The position numbers and the translations under genes were made by a program. 64,000 bases of DNA, taken from assembly GCA_951406725.2 (NCBI GenBank), contig OX597831.1, positions 24,304,001-24,368,000 of the forward strand. The letters are read 5' to 3'. Below the pieces are notes generated by a model that ran no database searches, was not told where the DNA came from, and saw nothing but the letters and a program-made list of their open reading frames with translations. Each line of letters begins with the position of its first letter. Position 1 is the stretch's first letter. Source of the stretch: Octopus vulgaris (lineage: Eukaryota). Below, one piece after another: positions 38,312 to 50,907 of the stretch.

Positions 38312-38730
38312 AGGTGGTGAGCAGGCAGAAACGTTAGTACACTGGGCAAAATGCTTAGCGGTATTTCATCTGCCGTTACATTCTGAGTTCAAATTCCGCG
38401 GAAGTCGACTTTGCCTTTCATCCTTTTGGGGTCGATTAAATAAGTACCAGTAATGCACTGGGGTCGATATAATCGACTTAATCCGTTTGTCTGTCCTTGT
38501 TTGTCCCCTCTGTGTTTAGCCCCTTGTGGGTAGTAAAGAAATTGGTATTTCGTCTGCCGTTACATTCTGAGTTTAAATTCTGCTGAGGTTGACTTTGCCT
38601 TTCATCCTTTCAGGGTCGATTAAATAAGTACCAGTTACGCACTGGGGTCGATGTAATCGATTTAATCCATTTGTCTGTCCTTGTTTGTCCCCTCTGAGTG
38701 TAGCCCCTTGTGGGCAGTAAAGAAATAAGA
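38312..38730 (+). mobile_element. SINE family B tandem dimer
   Basis: Head and body, then a second body starting at GGTATTTCGTCTGCC (~38543). Confidence 0.9.
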
Positions 38731-39940
38731 AGAACAGAAACAGGTGTCTTGCTGCAAGGGAGATGCATGGTTACCCAGTTAAAAAAGGATGAGGAAAGTT
38801 TGTGAAGGCAAGTCACAACATACCCATGAGTTACAGGACAATAAATATAAGAGGGCTGGTGTGTGTGGATAAGATTCTTGGTTGAGTAACCTGGCTATAG
38901 TTATATTACTATGATATCATGGATATTAATAAGACTAACTTAAATATCATTATATTAACACAACAATTTTGAGATCATAATGTTTCTATAACATTTTTAA
39001 TATGATTATACTTTTTGTTTCTTTTGATATCATTAAATTACTGCATAATATATCTATAGCATTTAGGTAAAATTATATAATTATATATTGGGTATTATTT
39101 TATTATAATGTCATATTTGATATAACTAAATTGCTATAAATATATTAAATATCATTATATTAAATATATTTAATATTGTTTTTTTTTATAATCTTTGATA
39201 TCATTATGATACTAGAACAACTTAGATATTATAGGATTAGGATAATATTTAGATATTAATATGTTACTAATTATTTTTTTATATCATTATATTATTAAAA
39301 ATTGTTTGATATATTTATGTATTTTTTAGACTCTTATACCATTTTAATTACTAGAATATTAGGAGTACCGAAAGGTAATGTTGTTTTCAAGAAAATATTC
39401 TGACATCATACCACATACACATTATAAGCTAATAAAAGGAGTCTTTGCAATCAACCAATCAGCATAGAGTTAGTGACAAAAATTCGTGCTATATCATTCA
39501 TACACACTAACAGGCTACTACCATACATAGAACTGAAGAATCACCATGGTGACTGTTATTTATATGCTTAATTTTACAAGGTTAAAGGAGAGCAAGTGCA
39601 TCAGCATTCTAGTTAAAAAAAAAGTCAAATTTAAAAGGTGAACATTGCAGGACTATTGCGTACAAGAAAAGACATGCAGAATTTTTTTTTTTCAGTTTAA
39701 TTTCATAGTGGTAGAGATCTGTGTGTGTTGCCTAGGCTTGAAAAATTTGTTTACTGTTGTTTGACTGAAGCACAACCCTGCAAAAGGGAAATTGTTAACA
39801 GCCTTTATCAAAGCCTCAAAGCACTTTTGTTTCACAATGGAAAGCAAGGCTTATTGAAAGATATAAGGCCATAAGCTGCTTTATGTCTGTAAACATGCAT
39901 TTCATGCATTTGCATCTTGGTTATCTCCCATGGAAATTTA

Positions 39941-40550
39941 TGAAGGGATACTAAAAAGTTCCTGGCTTTTGTCGTGGCACTCTGCCGGTTACGACGACGA
40001 GGGTTCCAGTTGATCCAATCAACAGAACTGCTGCTCGTGAAATTAACATGTAAGTGGCTGAGCACTCCACAAACACGTGTACCCTTAATGTAGTTCTCGG
40101 GGAGATTCAGCGTGACACAGTGTGTGACAAGCCTGGCTCTTTGAAATACAAGTATAGCAGAAACAAGAAGGAGTGAGAGAAAGTTGTGATGAAAGAGCAC
40201 AGAAGGGTTCACCACCACCCTCTGCCGGAGCCTCATGGAGCTTTAGGTGTTTTCACTCAATAAACACTCACAAAACCTGGTCTGGGATTTGAAACCACGA
40301 TCCCACAACCGCGAGTCCGCTGCCCTAACCACTGGGCCATTGTGCCTCCAGAATGGTATTTAAGGGTATCACAAAAGGTCTGGTTGGTGGCTCAACCTTC
40401 TGAGTTCTTTTAGAGGGGTTAGAAAAGATGAAGGACCGCAGCAACAAGTGAGTGAATCTGAGAGGGGAATATGTTGAATAGAATCTTAATTAACTGATTC
40501 CCCTGTATTTTCTTTTACCCAAAGCCAGGAAATTTTCAGCAGCTCCCTTA
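39941..40550 (+). mobile_element. Mariner-derived MITE interrupted by SINE C
   Basis: TA flanks; degenerate TIRs ..AAAAGTTCCTGGCTTT / AAAGCCAGGAAATTTT..; transposase C-terminal remnant GLEKMKDRSNK*VNLRGEYVE*. Confidence 0.75.
39971..40349 (-). mobile_element. SINE family C (full length)
   Basis: Minus-strand head GGAGGCACAATGGCCCAGTGGTTAGGGCAGCGGACTCGCGG; tail ...GGAACCCTCGTCGTCGTAACCG. Confidence 0.88.
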
Positions 40551-41324
40551 TAGTTGACAGCAGTGAACAGAATAGTGAAGTCTTTCACTAAGACATTACA
40601 ACAATGGTGAGACGGTTCCACAGCCACTGTGCTATGATAGGAAACTATATATACAATAACTAATTAGAAAATATGGAAGCATTCACCGGGATAAAAAAAT
40701 GTGTTCTTCAAATCGATTTTGATTTGAATTTTTAAATTATTCAATATTTTTTGAGTTTGTCAGTTATCTCATTTGTTATATACATTTGTCAGCAACATTT
40801 TTTTGTGGTATATTTTTGAGCAAATCAAGCACAAAAATTATTTGTTTTTCTCTCAGCACAGGAACAAAAATGAAACCAACACTTAACCTAAGACGAAGGT
40901 GGCATTTATAAAAATACTAAATACAAAACGAAAATGATTTCCAAAAGTATTGCTGACAGATGGAAACTTAGATCATTTTGAGCTCAGCACAGACAAATAT
41001 TTATAGACACAACCAAAAAAAAAAAATTCAAATAAGCAAAACAATGTACCCAGTGTTATCACTTTGTTCGGATGAGGCTGTGAAATGTTAATGGAGTAGA
41101 AAACATTATTGTTTCAAGCTGAATATATAAAAAGAAAAAGACTAATGAAGAAATAAAAACAACAACAAAAAAATCATTAATAAAGAAGATTACAATGGAA
41201 GACAATCATGTTATCAATGTAACATGTTTGAAAGAAAACTTGTTCCCTTGTGTGTGTGTTTACCTGTATATATATATATATATATGTTTAAATATTTATA
41301 TAAAGGCATTAATTATATATGCTC

Positions 41325-41377
<53 letters not shown>

Positions 41378-41400
41378 TGTTTATATATGTTTATATATAT

Positions 41401-41447
<47 letters not shown>

Positions 41448-41531
41448 TATTTAGATATATATGCACTATATAAACTTATATACATACATATATATATAAC
41501 TTATATAAGGATGTTTGTGTGTATATATATT

Positions 41532-41563
<32 letters not shown>

Positions 41564-41922
41564 TCTATGTGTATATACACTCACTGTGATACTGACTGAC
41601 ATGATCATATCTTAACTGTACAGCAAGCAGCTTCTCTTGACTAATAAAACAAAATCAGTTTTCTGTGTGTGTGTGTGTATGATTGTTTTTTGTCTTTGTT
41701 TTTTTGTTTTTGTTTTTGGTTTGCATTTAGTTTTTCTTATCAAAGGTAAAAATCTTAAACAAGACATTAGCATAAAAAAACAATACTAAGGAATATGAAG
41801 TATTACGAGATTATATTAAAAATATCTGACTTGCATGTGTATGTGGGTGACAGTTTATGTGGGTGTATAATTGCATGTGTGTGTGCGTGTGTGTGTGTTT
41901 GTTTGTATTTATGTAATATATC

Positions 41923-42160
41923 TGTGTGTGTGTATGTGTGTGTATGACGAAATTCCTATATGTACTTAAATATAGCTAACTATGTATGTAGATAGATATA
42001 TCAGCATGTATATGTATATATATATATATATGTATGATGTGTGTGTGTGTATATTACAGTTTATCTGAGTGTATATTTGAATGTGTGTGTGTATGTGTGT
42101 GTATGACGAAATTCATATATGTACTTAAATATAGCTAACTATGTATGTAGATAGATATAT

Positions 42161-42205
<45 letters not shown>

Positions 42206-42230
42206 TGATGTGTGTGTGTGTGTGTGTGTG
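41923..42230 (+). repeat. Tandem duplication of ~160 bp
   Basis: GTATGACGAAATTC.TATATGTACTTAAATATAGCTAACTATGTATGTAGATAGATATATCA at ~41942 and ~42101. Confidence 0.88.
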
Positions 42231-42808
42231 GATACACATCCACAGACATGCCTAAGAATTTATACTGGCGCATAGAGTCACATTGTGATGCAGAAGTAAT
42301 ACAAAGAAACCACATGTTCTTGTTCGTTTATTCTAATAAAGAGAACTTGAATAATCCAAAACTGAGATTACAGCAATATATGCACATTCATATGTACATA
42401 TATGCATACATACATCTGCATGCTCACACACACATATACCTGTGCACATATACCTGTGCACATATATATCTACATAAATACATTCATGTGCATGTGTGTG
42501 TGTTTGTGCATGTGAGTGCTTGTGTGTGCATGTGTGTACATTATAAATTTATCCATAAATAGATTTATGCTGCTATGGTTTTTTATCAAATAAATCTCTT
42601 TTAAGGATAATCCATTCTCAGATGATACAGTTCTGAGAATCTTTCGCTAAAAATTACCAAGTCTAAAGTGAAGATCAATCAAAAATTCTATTAAGCATTT
42701 TATATAAATCATGCTTTGATATAAAGACAGATACACATATCTACCTGTCCAGCCATGCATATCTCTCTCTCACTCTCCCTCTTTCCCTCTCTCTCTCTCT
42801 CTCTGGCC

Positions 42809-42871
42809 AGATAACCGAAGAGATGGTGTTGTGGATTTCCACTTCGGCATCTGAAACTCAGAGTTTTATCT
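42809..42871 (+). ncRNA. Type-I hammerhead-like motif with extended helix II (degenerate)
   Basis: AGAUAA-CCGAAGA-GAUG..GUGGA/UCCAC..CAUC-u-GAAA-CUC-a-GAG-UU-UUAUCU. Helices I, II and III can all be paired; core U4>C. Confidence 0.6.
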
Positions 42872-43018
42872 TGACTATTGAGTAATTGTAACATATTATT
42901 TTATAGATAAATTTCCTCTATTTACATAATATTGAGGTCTCTTTCTTTCTTTTGTTATCTTACCATTACCAATATATATATATATATATATATAAGTAGT
43001 ATCTACATACTGATAATT

Positions 43019-43481
43019 GAGCGACAAGCTGGCAGAATCGTTAGCACACCAGGCAAAATGATTAGCAGTATTTCGTTTACCATTATGTTCTGAGTTCAAA
43101 TTCTGCTGAGGTCGAGTTTGCCTTTCATCCATTCGGGGTCGATAAAATAAGTACCAGTTACACACTGGGGTTTATGTAATCAACTTAATCCCTTTGTCTG
43201 TCCTTGTTTGTTCCCTCTATGTTAAGCCCCCTATGGGCAATAAAGAAATAAATATTGTTATTATTATCATTATTTTTAAGGCAGTGGGCTGGCAGAATCA
43301 TTAGCATGCCAAGTGAAATGCTTAGCAATTTTTTGTTTGTTCTGAGTTCAAATTCCAGCAATCTCAACTTTGCCTTTTATCTTCTTGGGTCAATAAAATA
43401 AGTACCGGTTGAACACTGGGGTTGCTGTAATCAACTCCGGTGCTCCCCCGAATTTCAGACATTGCACCTACAGTAGAAAGG

Positions 43482-43482
<1 letters not shown>
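43019..43482 (+). mobile_element. Two adjacent SINE B copies (43019-43250; 43278-43482 with alternative tail)
   Basis: Both have the GCTGGCAGAATC.TTAGC head and the GAGTTCAAATTC B-box. Confidence 0.85.
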
Positions 43483-43538
<56 letters not shown>

Positions 43539-43869
43539 GAGTAAGAGAACAGTACATGCCATCGAAGTGACACCAGGGTACAAATAAACGAAGCCCAGTA
43601 TACCCATCATGACTCCCTGTCTGATAAGGGTACACCAGTCACATGCATCGCAACCATATGTGCATGACATGGGGATCTCATATCAAGACAAACAATGAAT
43701 GACCTTGCAAGTGTGGCCCAGTTAAAATTTTCTTCAGCTTGAGTAGCTCATTCCACTCAAACGGTACTGGAATATGGGTTGTTTAATGATGTTGTACAAA
43801 ACACCTATGTTTCCAGAGGTGAATTATCCAAACCCCAAACAATTCCTCTCAACACATCTATCTATATTC

Positions 43870-43920
43870 GCATTCTGAAGAGATTTACTTAAACCAGTAA
43901 ATCGAAACGATCATAAATGC
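43870..43920 (+). ncRNA. Near-intact minimal type-I hammerhead ribozyme
   Basis: GCAUU-CUGAAGA-GAUUUACU-uaaacc-AGUAAAUC-GAAA-CGAUCa-UA-AAUGC. Helix I (5 bp) and helix II (8 bp) are perfect and the core is complete. Helix III is a palindrome ACGAUCGU with one CpG-type change. Confidence 0.82.
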
Positions 43921-44036
43921 TACCCTAATCTCTGCATCTTCCTTCTTTGTAATCTATTTAATTAAAGACATACCGGGGTAAACTACGAGTTCCCCATTGT
44001 TATTTTATCCATTTTCTTCTATATATTTTTGGACAT

Positions 44037-44560
44037 ATGACCATCTTTCCCAACCCAGTTACGGAAAAACCAGACATTTTGATGTGGTGTGAAAGAAGGG
44101 GAGTGTTAAACCTAGTCGAAGTAACGGTTCCTCATGAAGCTAAGATGGAAGCTGCTTGGGCTCGAAAGATTGACCGTTATGTAAACCTCCTCGAGGAATG
44201 TGAAGATGCAGGCTGGAAAGCAGAGCATTTTCCATTCGAAGTCGGATGTAGAGAGTTTGTTGGACACAGTGTGAGACGACTGTTGTTATCGTTAGGCCTA
44301 ACTCGTCATAAAGTCAATACCACCATGACCGATATCCAAACTACAGTGGAGAAGGCTAGCCACTGGATTTGGTTAAAATGAGACGATGAGCGATGGCTAG
44401 AAGAATATTGAGCTTTATTTGATAACCAGTTGATCTAGCAAGCGGGGCACCATATCAGTGAGGGGGGGGGGCGGTGTGCATTGGTGCCATCGAGGGGTAG
44501 GCCCCGAAACGGCACGCATTCTCTCTTGATGACCTCATACACTTGTTGGCTTCCAGTATG
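44037..44560 (+). mobile_element. RLE-type (HERO-like) non-LTR retrotransposon 3' fragment
   Basis: PDILMW...LVEVTVPHE...ARKIDRY...GWKAEHFPFEVGCREFVG...EKASHWIWLK is a PD-(D/E)xK restriction-like endonuclease C-terminus, followed by a GC-rich 3' UTR. Confidence 0.85.
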
Positions 44561-45302
44561 CAAAGTTTTTGACTGGTAGCACTTGCATGTGCAAGTTGTT
44601 TGCAAGACATGTATTAGGCTGTTGAGTGTAGAAAATTGCACTTAGAGCATGGAAACACACTTTTACAGTCTGAAGAAGAATGTAATATTGCAAAATTAAA
44701 TCCAAGAGCCATATTAATTCGCCAATAAATATCAGCCTTCAAGACAGCAACAACAACATAATTGATTACAGCAACACCCAACCCACCATTACATTTTCGC
44801 CACCAGCATCATTAGCATCACCACGACCACCACCACCAACATCATTTTATTGGTCACCCCCCCCCCCCCCAAAGTGATGCTGTCTTACACTGATGTGCAT
44901 TTTCTGCGTAATTTTAAAGATTTACCAAAATGTTTGTCATGCCTAAAATATATATTTTCTTTTTATTTTTACTGTTTTCTGTTTTTTTTTTTTTTTGCCT
45001 TCCTCATTTACTTTTATATATATATTTCCGTTTTTTTTTTGCTTTGAAGCAGCCATTTTGGAATTTTGGTATTAGCACTTAACTTTCTCACAGGTAAAAT
45101 TCCTGCAGAAAGAATGAAAAAACAATCACCTGATAAAATAAATCTGTCACAGTTGTGTTTGAATCCTTCAATTCAAATTGACAGAAATGCATGGCTCTCA
45201 CATTAACGATGACAGAAATTGACAAAAGTATACGAAAGAAAGAATAGCATAGAAATAATATAAATACCACCACTGCCACCACTACCACCACCATCACCAC
45301 CT

Positions 45303-45411
<109 letters not shown>

Positions 45412-45489
45412 TGATGATAATGATAATGTTCATCACAGTGATAATAGTCAAGAAAGTGATGAGATTATCTCAAATAGGGCTTAATACTA

Positions 45490-45646
45490 CACTGTGTGGT
45501 AAGAAGCTTGCTTACCAACCACATGGTTTCAGGTTCAGTTCCACTACGTGGTACCATAGGCAATTGTCTTCTACTGTAGCCTTGGGCCGACCAAAGCCTT
45601 GTGAGTGGATTTGGTAGACGGAAACTGAAAGAAGCCCGTCGTATAT

Positions 45647-45681
<35 letters not shown>

Positions 45682-45895
45682 TAATCCAAAAAAGAAAACA
45701 CAAAAAAGCACAACAACGCGAGGACGTGGAACAAATATAGTATTATTGGACGCTCGTATTTTTGTGTCTGTGTTTGTCCACCCCCATCATCGTTTGACAA
45801 CCAATGTTGGGGTGTTTACGACCCCGTAACTTAACAGTTCAGCAAAAGGGACCAAATGAATAAGTCCTGGGGTTGATTTCTTCAACTAAAGGTAG
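45490..45895 (+). mobile_element. SINE A with an unrelated fragment (45677-45757) inserted in its (TA)n
   Basis: AAGTTAATCCAAA...CAACAACGCGAGGAC.TGGAACAAATATAGTATTATTGGACGCTC also occurs at 48426-48503. Confidence 0.8.
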
Positions 45896-45982
45896 TCGCT
45901 GCAGATATGAGTAAAGTAAATTTCCTTCCCAAAACATGTAGACGCATAAGGTCTAGTTTCCCAATTCCATGGTGTATATATT

Positions 45983-46218
45983 CTTATTTCTTTATTGCCC
46001 TCAAGGGGCTAAACATAGAGGGGACAAACAAGGAGAGACAAACGGATTAAGTCGATTACATCGACCCAAGTGTGTAACTGGTACTTATTTAATCAACCCC
46101 AAAAGGATGAAAGGCAAAGTCGACCTCGGTGGAATTTGAACTCAGAACGTAAAGGCAGACGAAATACTGCTCAGCATTTCGTCTGGCATGCTAACACTTC
46201 TGCCAGCTCGCCACCCTT
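45983..46218 (-). mobile_element. SINE family B
   Basis: Full-length family match. Confidence 0.9.
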
Positions 46219-47100
46219 ACAATTACTATGCACAAGTTACTGCTCCACCTTGCATGCATGTGCTTCAATAGAAAGACACCTAATTTGCCCCACCTGCATA
46301 CCATCTATTGTGGTTGATGAACAGGTAGAGGTAAAAGAGCTTTGAGAAGTGCCTTGATGCTGTCTTATTGAGATATTGACAAAATTCTTTAATGCTGGTG
46401 TAACTAAAAATGCACCCATTTCATACTGTAAAAATCACAGAAAATGGGTGGAGAAATGAAGGGCTGTTAGATCCTTTCAGTATTATCTCGACAAAGATAT
46501 TTCAGCATCTCTAAAACTGGTACAATATGAAAATGCACCCAGGGTATATGGAAAGTGGTTGGCAATAGGAAGAGCACCCATTAATGGAAACCAAACTAAA
46601 CTGATTTGTGTAAACACCAGGTTGTGAGAGCAGTAGCTGCCAAACTAGAGAAGACTTAGATTTTGATGACCTATCCAACCCATGCACTTTAAATCATGAT
46701 GACTATACCTGTACGTTTTAATTTAGCGTTATGTGTTTTGTACCTTTGTACCACACATACAACCACATGCATCTGTTTTATATAGATTGGTCCAATGGCC
46801 TTTTTGGTGTGGAGTAGGCCAATGTGGTGTTGGCGCCTCAGATAGGAATGGAGTAGATGGATAAAGACACTCCCACAATTTAGAAATCTAAAGAACCAAT
46901 GAACAGTCCACGGGAAACTGGCAGCCAATAATTCAGCCTTCAAATAAAATTTTAATTTTGATAGAAACGCAATCACACATTTTCGTTCAGCCTTTATTTG
47001 AACTGTGAAAAGGGAAAATGTAAAGTGAGTGAGTGGTGAGGAGTGACGTATATATAAATACATATATATATATATATGTGTGTGTATGTATGTATGTATG

Positions 47101-47134
<34 letters not shown>

Positions 47135-47156
47135 TATATGTATGTATGTGTATATG

Positions 47157-47223
<67 letters not shown>

Positions 47224-47248
47224 ACATGCAAACATATGTCCATACATA

Positions 47249-47326
<78 letters not shown>

Positions 47327-47416
47327 TACATACACCCATATGTATATCAGACACTCATGCATATATGTATACACACTCATACACACACAACCACAAGCAC
47401 ACTCCCATACACACGC

Positions 47417-47457
<41 letters not shown>

Positions 47458-48262
47458 GGTATAAAGAAATTAATCAGAGAGGATGAGAGTGATTCTGAGA
47501 TGAAGGGAAAACTTGTGTGTGGCTGATATAGTACATGCAAAGAATAAATAGAGCGACTGAAACTTAGGGAGCGAGGGGAAAAGGAAGCATTTTTGCATGT
47601 AGGTTAAGATAAAGCAAGAGAAGGATAGATAGACAGAGAGAGAGAGAGAGTCTGGAGGGATGAATGAGTGAGAATAAATTTGAGTAGGAAGAAAGGAAGA
47701 ATGAAAGTGGGCATTTAAGAATTTGCAGGAGAGATAGACCCAAACTAATAAATAAATTATCAGATTATCAGAATAATAGAAAACAGATGACAAACATTTT
47801 CCTGACTGTCTAAATTTTTCAAGCTATAACTGAAATGATGGATTTCTTCAAAAAGGAACTTTCTTTTCAAAATTAAAATATTAATACAAAAATTTTAAAA
47901 AAATTAAAAAACTCAAACAAAATAAATAAATAAATAACAGCTATAAAATATCAATTTTTCAAAATTAAAACAAATAAATTTTGAAAATATATAATTATCA
48001 AACAAATTAATTATATTGTGTGTTTATTAGATTTTTATGCTACTTGGAAACTATAATTGTTAACTTCCATGTCCACATGCAATATTTAAAATGCATTCAA
48101 GATATGAAGAACTTCATTATTTTTCTTTTGTTTTTGTTTGTGTTCTTTTGTTGTTCAATAAATTGCATAATAATTTCCCTGCCACTCTATATACACTATG
48201 TATGTGCATCCATGTATACATGTATGTATGCATTTCTGTGTGCACATACACACACAAATCTG

Positions 48263-48334
<72 letters not shown>

Positions 48335-48354
48335 GTTATCTAGCTATCTATGTT

Positions 48355-48425
<71 letters not shown>

Positions 48426-48428
<3 letters not shown>

Positions 48429-48632
48429 TTAATCCAAACAAGAAAGCACAAAAAAACACAACAACGCGAGGACATGGAACAAATATAGTATTATTGGACG
48501 CTCAGGAAAGAAGGAAAGAAGGAGGGTTTAACGTTTCAAGCAGAGCTCTTTGTAGGAAACATAGGAGAAGGAAAGATCCAGAGAAGGGAAGACAGAGGAA
48601 AAAAATTGCCAACGGTACACACGCGGACACAT
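48426..48632 (-). mobile_element. (TA)n-associated Penelope-like terminal-repeat fragment with decayed hammerhead (48526-48560)
   Basis: Minus strand: GUUU-ccuacaa-A-GAGC-ucu-GCUU-GAAA-CG-UU-AAAC. Helices I and II and GAAACGUU are retained; the CUGANGA box has decayed. Confidence 0.55.
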
Positions 48633-48728
48633 TTTAGAGACATACATACATACACTCATATATATATATGTGTGTGCGCAGATGCATATATATATATGCA
48701 TGCATACATACATACATACATACATGAT

Positions 48729-48762
<34 letters not shown>

Positions 48763-49022
48763 TCTTTTACTCTTTTACTATTTTACATATTTCTGTCATT
48801 TGGTTGCAGCTATGTTAGAGCATCATCTTTAGTCAAAGAGATTAACCCTACGACTTATTCGGCAAAAGAGACTGATAGAATAAGTGCTAAGCTTACAAAC
48901 CTAATGCTTAATCTATCCGTCTCTTTTGCTGAACCTCTTAGCTTCAGAGATATAAACACACCAGCATTGGTTGTCAAATGATGGTGGGGGGACAAACACA
49001 GACACAAAGATACACACACATA

Positions 49023-49068
<46 letters not shown>

Positions 49069-49284
49069 CATGGGCTTCTTTCAGTTTCTATCCACCAAAT
49101 CCAATCACAAAGCTTTGGTCAGGCTGAGGCTGTAGTAGAAGACACTTGCCCAAGGTGCCACCCAGTGGAACTGGACACAAAACCATGTGGTTGGGAAGCA
49201 AGCTACTTACCACACAACCATGCCTGCACCTGTAACACAGCCACACTTGCACTTATATATATAACATATATATATACATGTATG

Positions 49285-49325
<41 letters not shown>

Positions 49326-49335
49326 TATATATAAT

Positions 49336-49369
<34 letters not shown>

Positions 49370-50094
49370 GCACATATATAATACATATATATATTTACAC
49401 TTATATTTATATATATATACACACATATATAAAATACATATATTTATATTTATACTTATATTTATATATATATATATATATCATCATCATCATCATCGTT
49501 TAGCGTCCGTTTTCCATGCTAGCATGGGTTGGACGGTTCTACTGGGGGTCTGTGAAGCCAGAAGGCTTCATCAGGCCCAGTCAAATCTGGCAGTGTTTCT
49601 ACAGCTGGATGCCCTTCCTAACGCCAACCACTCCGTGAGTGTAGTGGGTGCTTTTTACGTGCCACCCGCACTGGTGCCAGACAGAGCTGGCAAACGGCCA
49701 CGAACGGATGGTGCTTTTTATGTGCCAGGCAAGGCTGGCAACGGACACGAAACGGGGCGGTGCTGGCAACGGTCGCGAAACGGAAAGTTCTCTTACATGC
49801 CACCGGCACTGGTAACACATCTGCAATTTCCATTTCTTTTACTCTTTTACTATTTTACATATTTCTGTCATTTGGTTGCAGCTATGTTAGAGCATCATCT
49901 TTAGTCAAAGAGATTAACCCTACGACTTATTCGGCAAAAGAGACTGATAGAATAAGTGCTAAGCTTACAAACCTAATGCTTAATCTATCCGTCTCTTTTG
50001 CTGAACCTCTTAGCTTCAGAGATATAAACACACCAGCATTGGTTGTCAAATGATGGTGGAGGGACAAACACAGACACAAAGATACACACACATA

Positions 50095-50136
<42 letters not shown>

Positions 50137-50352
50137 CATGGGCTTCTTTCAGTTTCTATCCACCAAATCCAATCACAAAGCTTTGGTCAGGCTGAGGCTG
50201 TAGTAGAAGACACTTGCCCAAGGTGCCACCCAGTGGAACTGGACACAAAACCATGTGGTTGGGAAGCAAGCTACTTACCACACAACCATGCCTGCACCTG
50301 TAACACAGCCACACTTGCACTTATATATATAACATATATATATACATGTATG

Positions 50353-50383
<31 letters not shown>

Positions 50384-50907
50384 ACACACACACATATATA
50401 TAATACACACACACACACATATATATATATATTATGCACATATATAATACATATATATATTTACACTTATATTTATATATATATACACACATATATAAAA
50501 TACATATATTTATATTTATACTTATATTTATATATATATATATATATATCATCATCATCATCATCGTTTAGCGTCCGTTTTCCATGCTAGCATGGGTTGG
50601 ACGGTTCTACTGGGGTCTGTGAAGCCAGAAGGCTTCATCAGGCCCAGTCAAATCTGGCAGTGTTTCTACAGCTGGATGCCCTTCCTAACGCCAACCACTC
50701 CGTGAGTGTAGTGGGTGCTTTTTACGTGCCACCCGCACTGGTGCCAGACAGAGCTGGCAAACGGCCACGAACGGATGGTGCTTTTTATTGCCATGTGCCA
50801 GGCAAGGCTGGCAACGGACACGAAACGGGGCGGTGCTGGCAACGGTCGCGAAACGGAAAGTTCTCTTACATGCCACCGGCACTGGTAACACATCTGCAAT
50901 TTCCATT
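48763..50907 (+). repeat. Near-identical tandem duplication, ~1.07 kb x2 (48763-49834; 49835-50907)
   Basis: Each unit is SINE A (-) plus a TA-rich spacer plus RTE 3' UTR. The copies differ mainly in microsatellite length and small indels. Confidence 0.95.

Larger units (their letters stand above)
35020..39360. repeat. Cryptic degenerate AT-rich satellite, core TTGATATCATTATATT, interrupted by TEs
   Basis: More than 15 GATATCA(T)T variants clustered at 35030-35400, 36880-37900 and 38910-39300. Confidence 0.6.
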
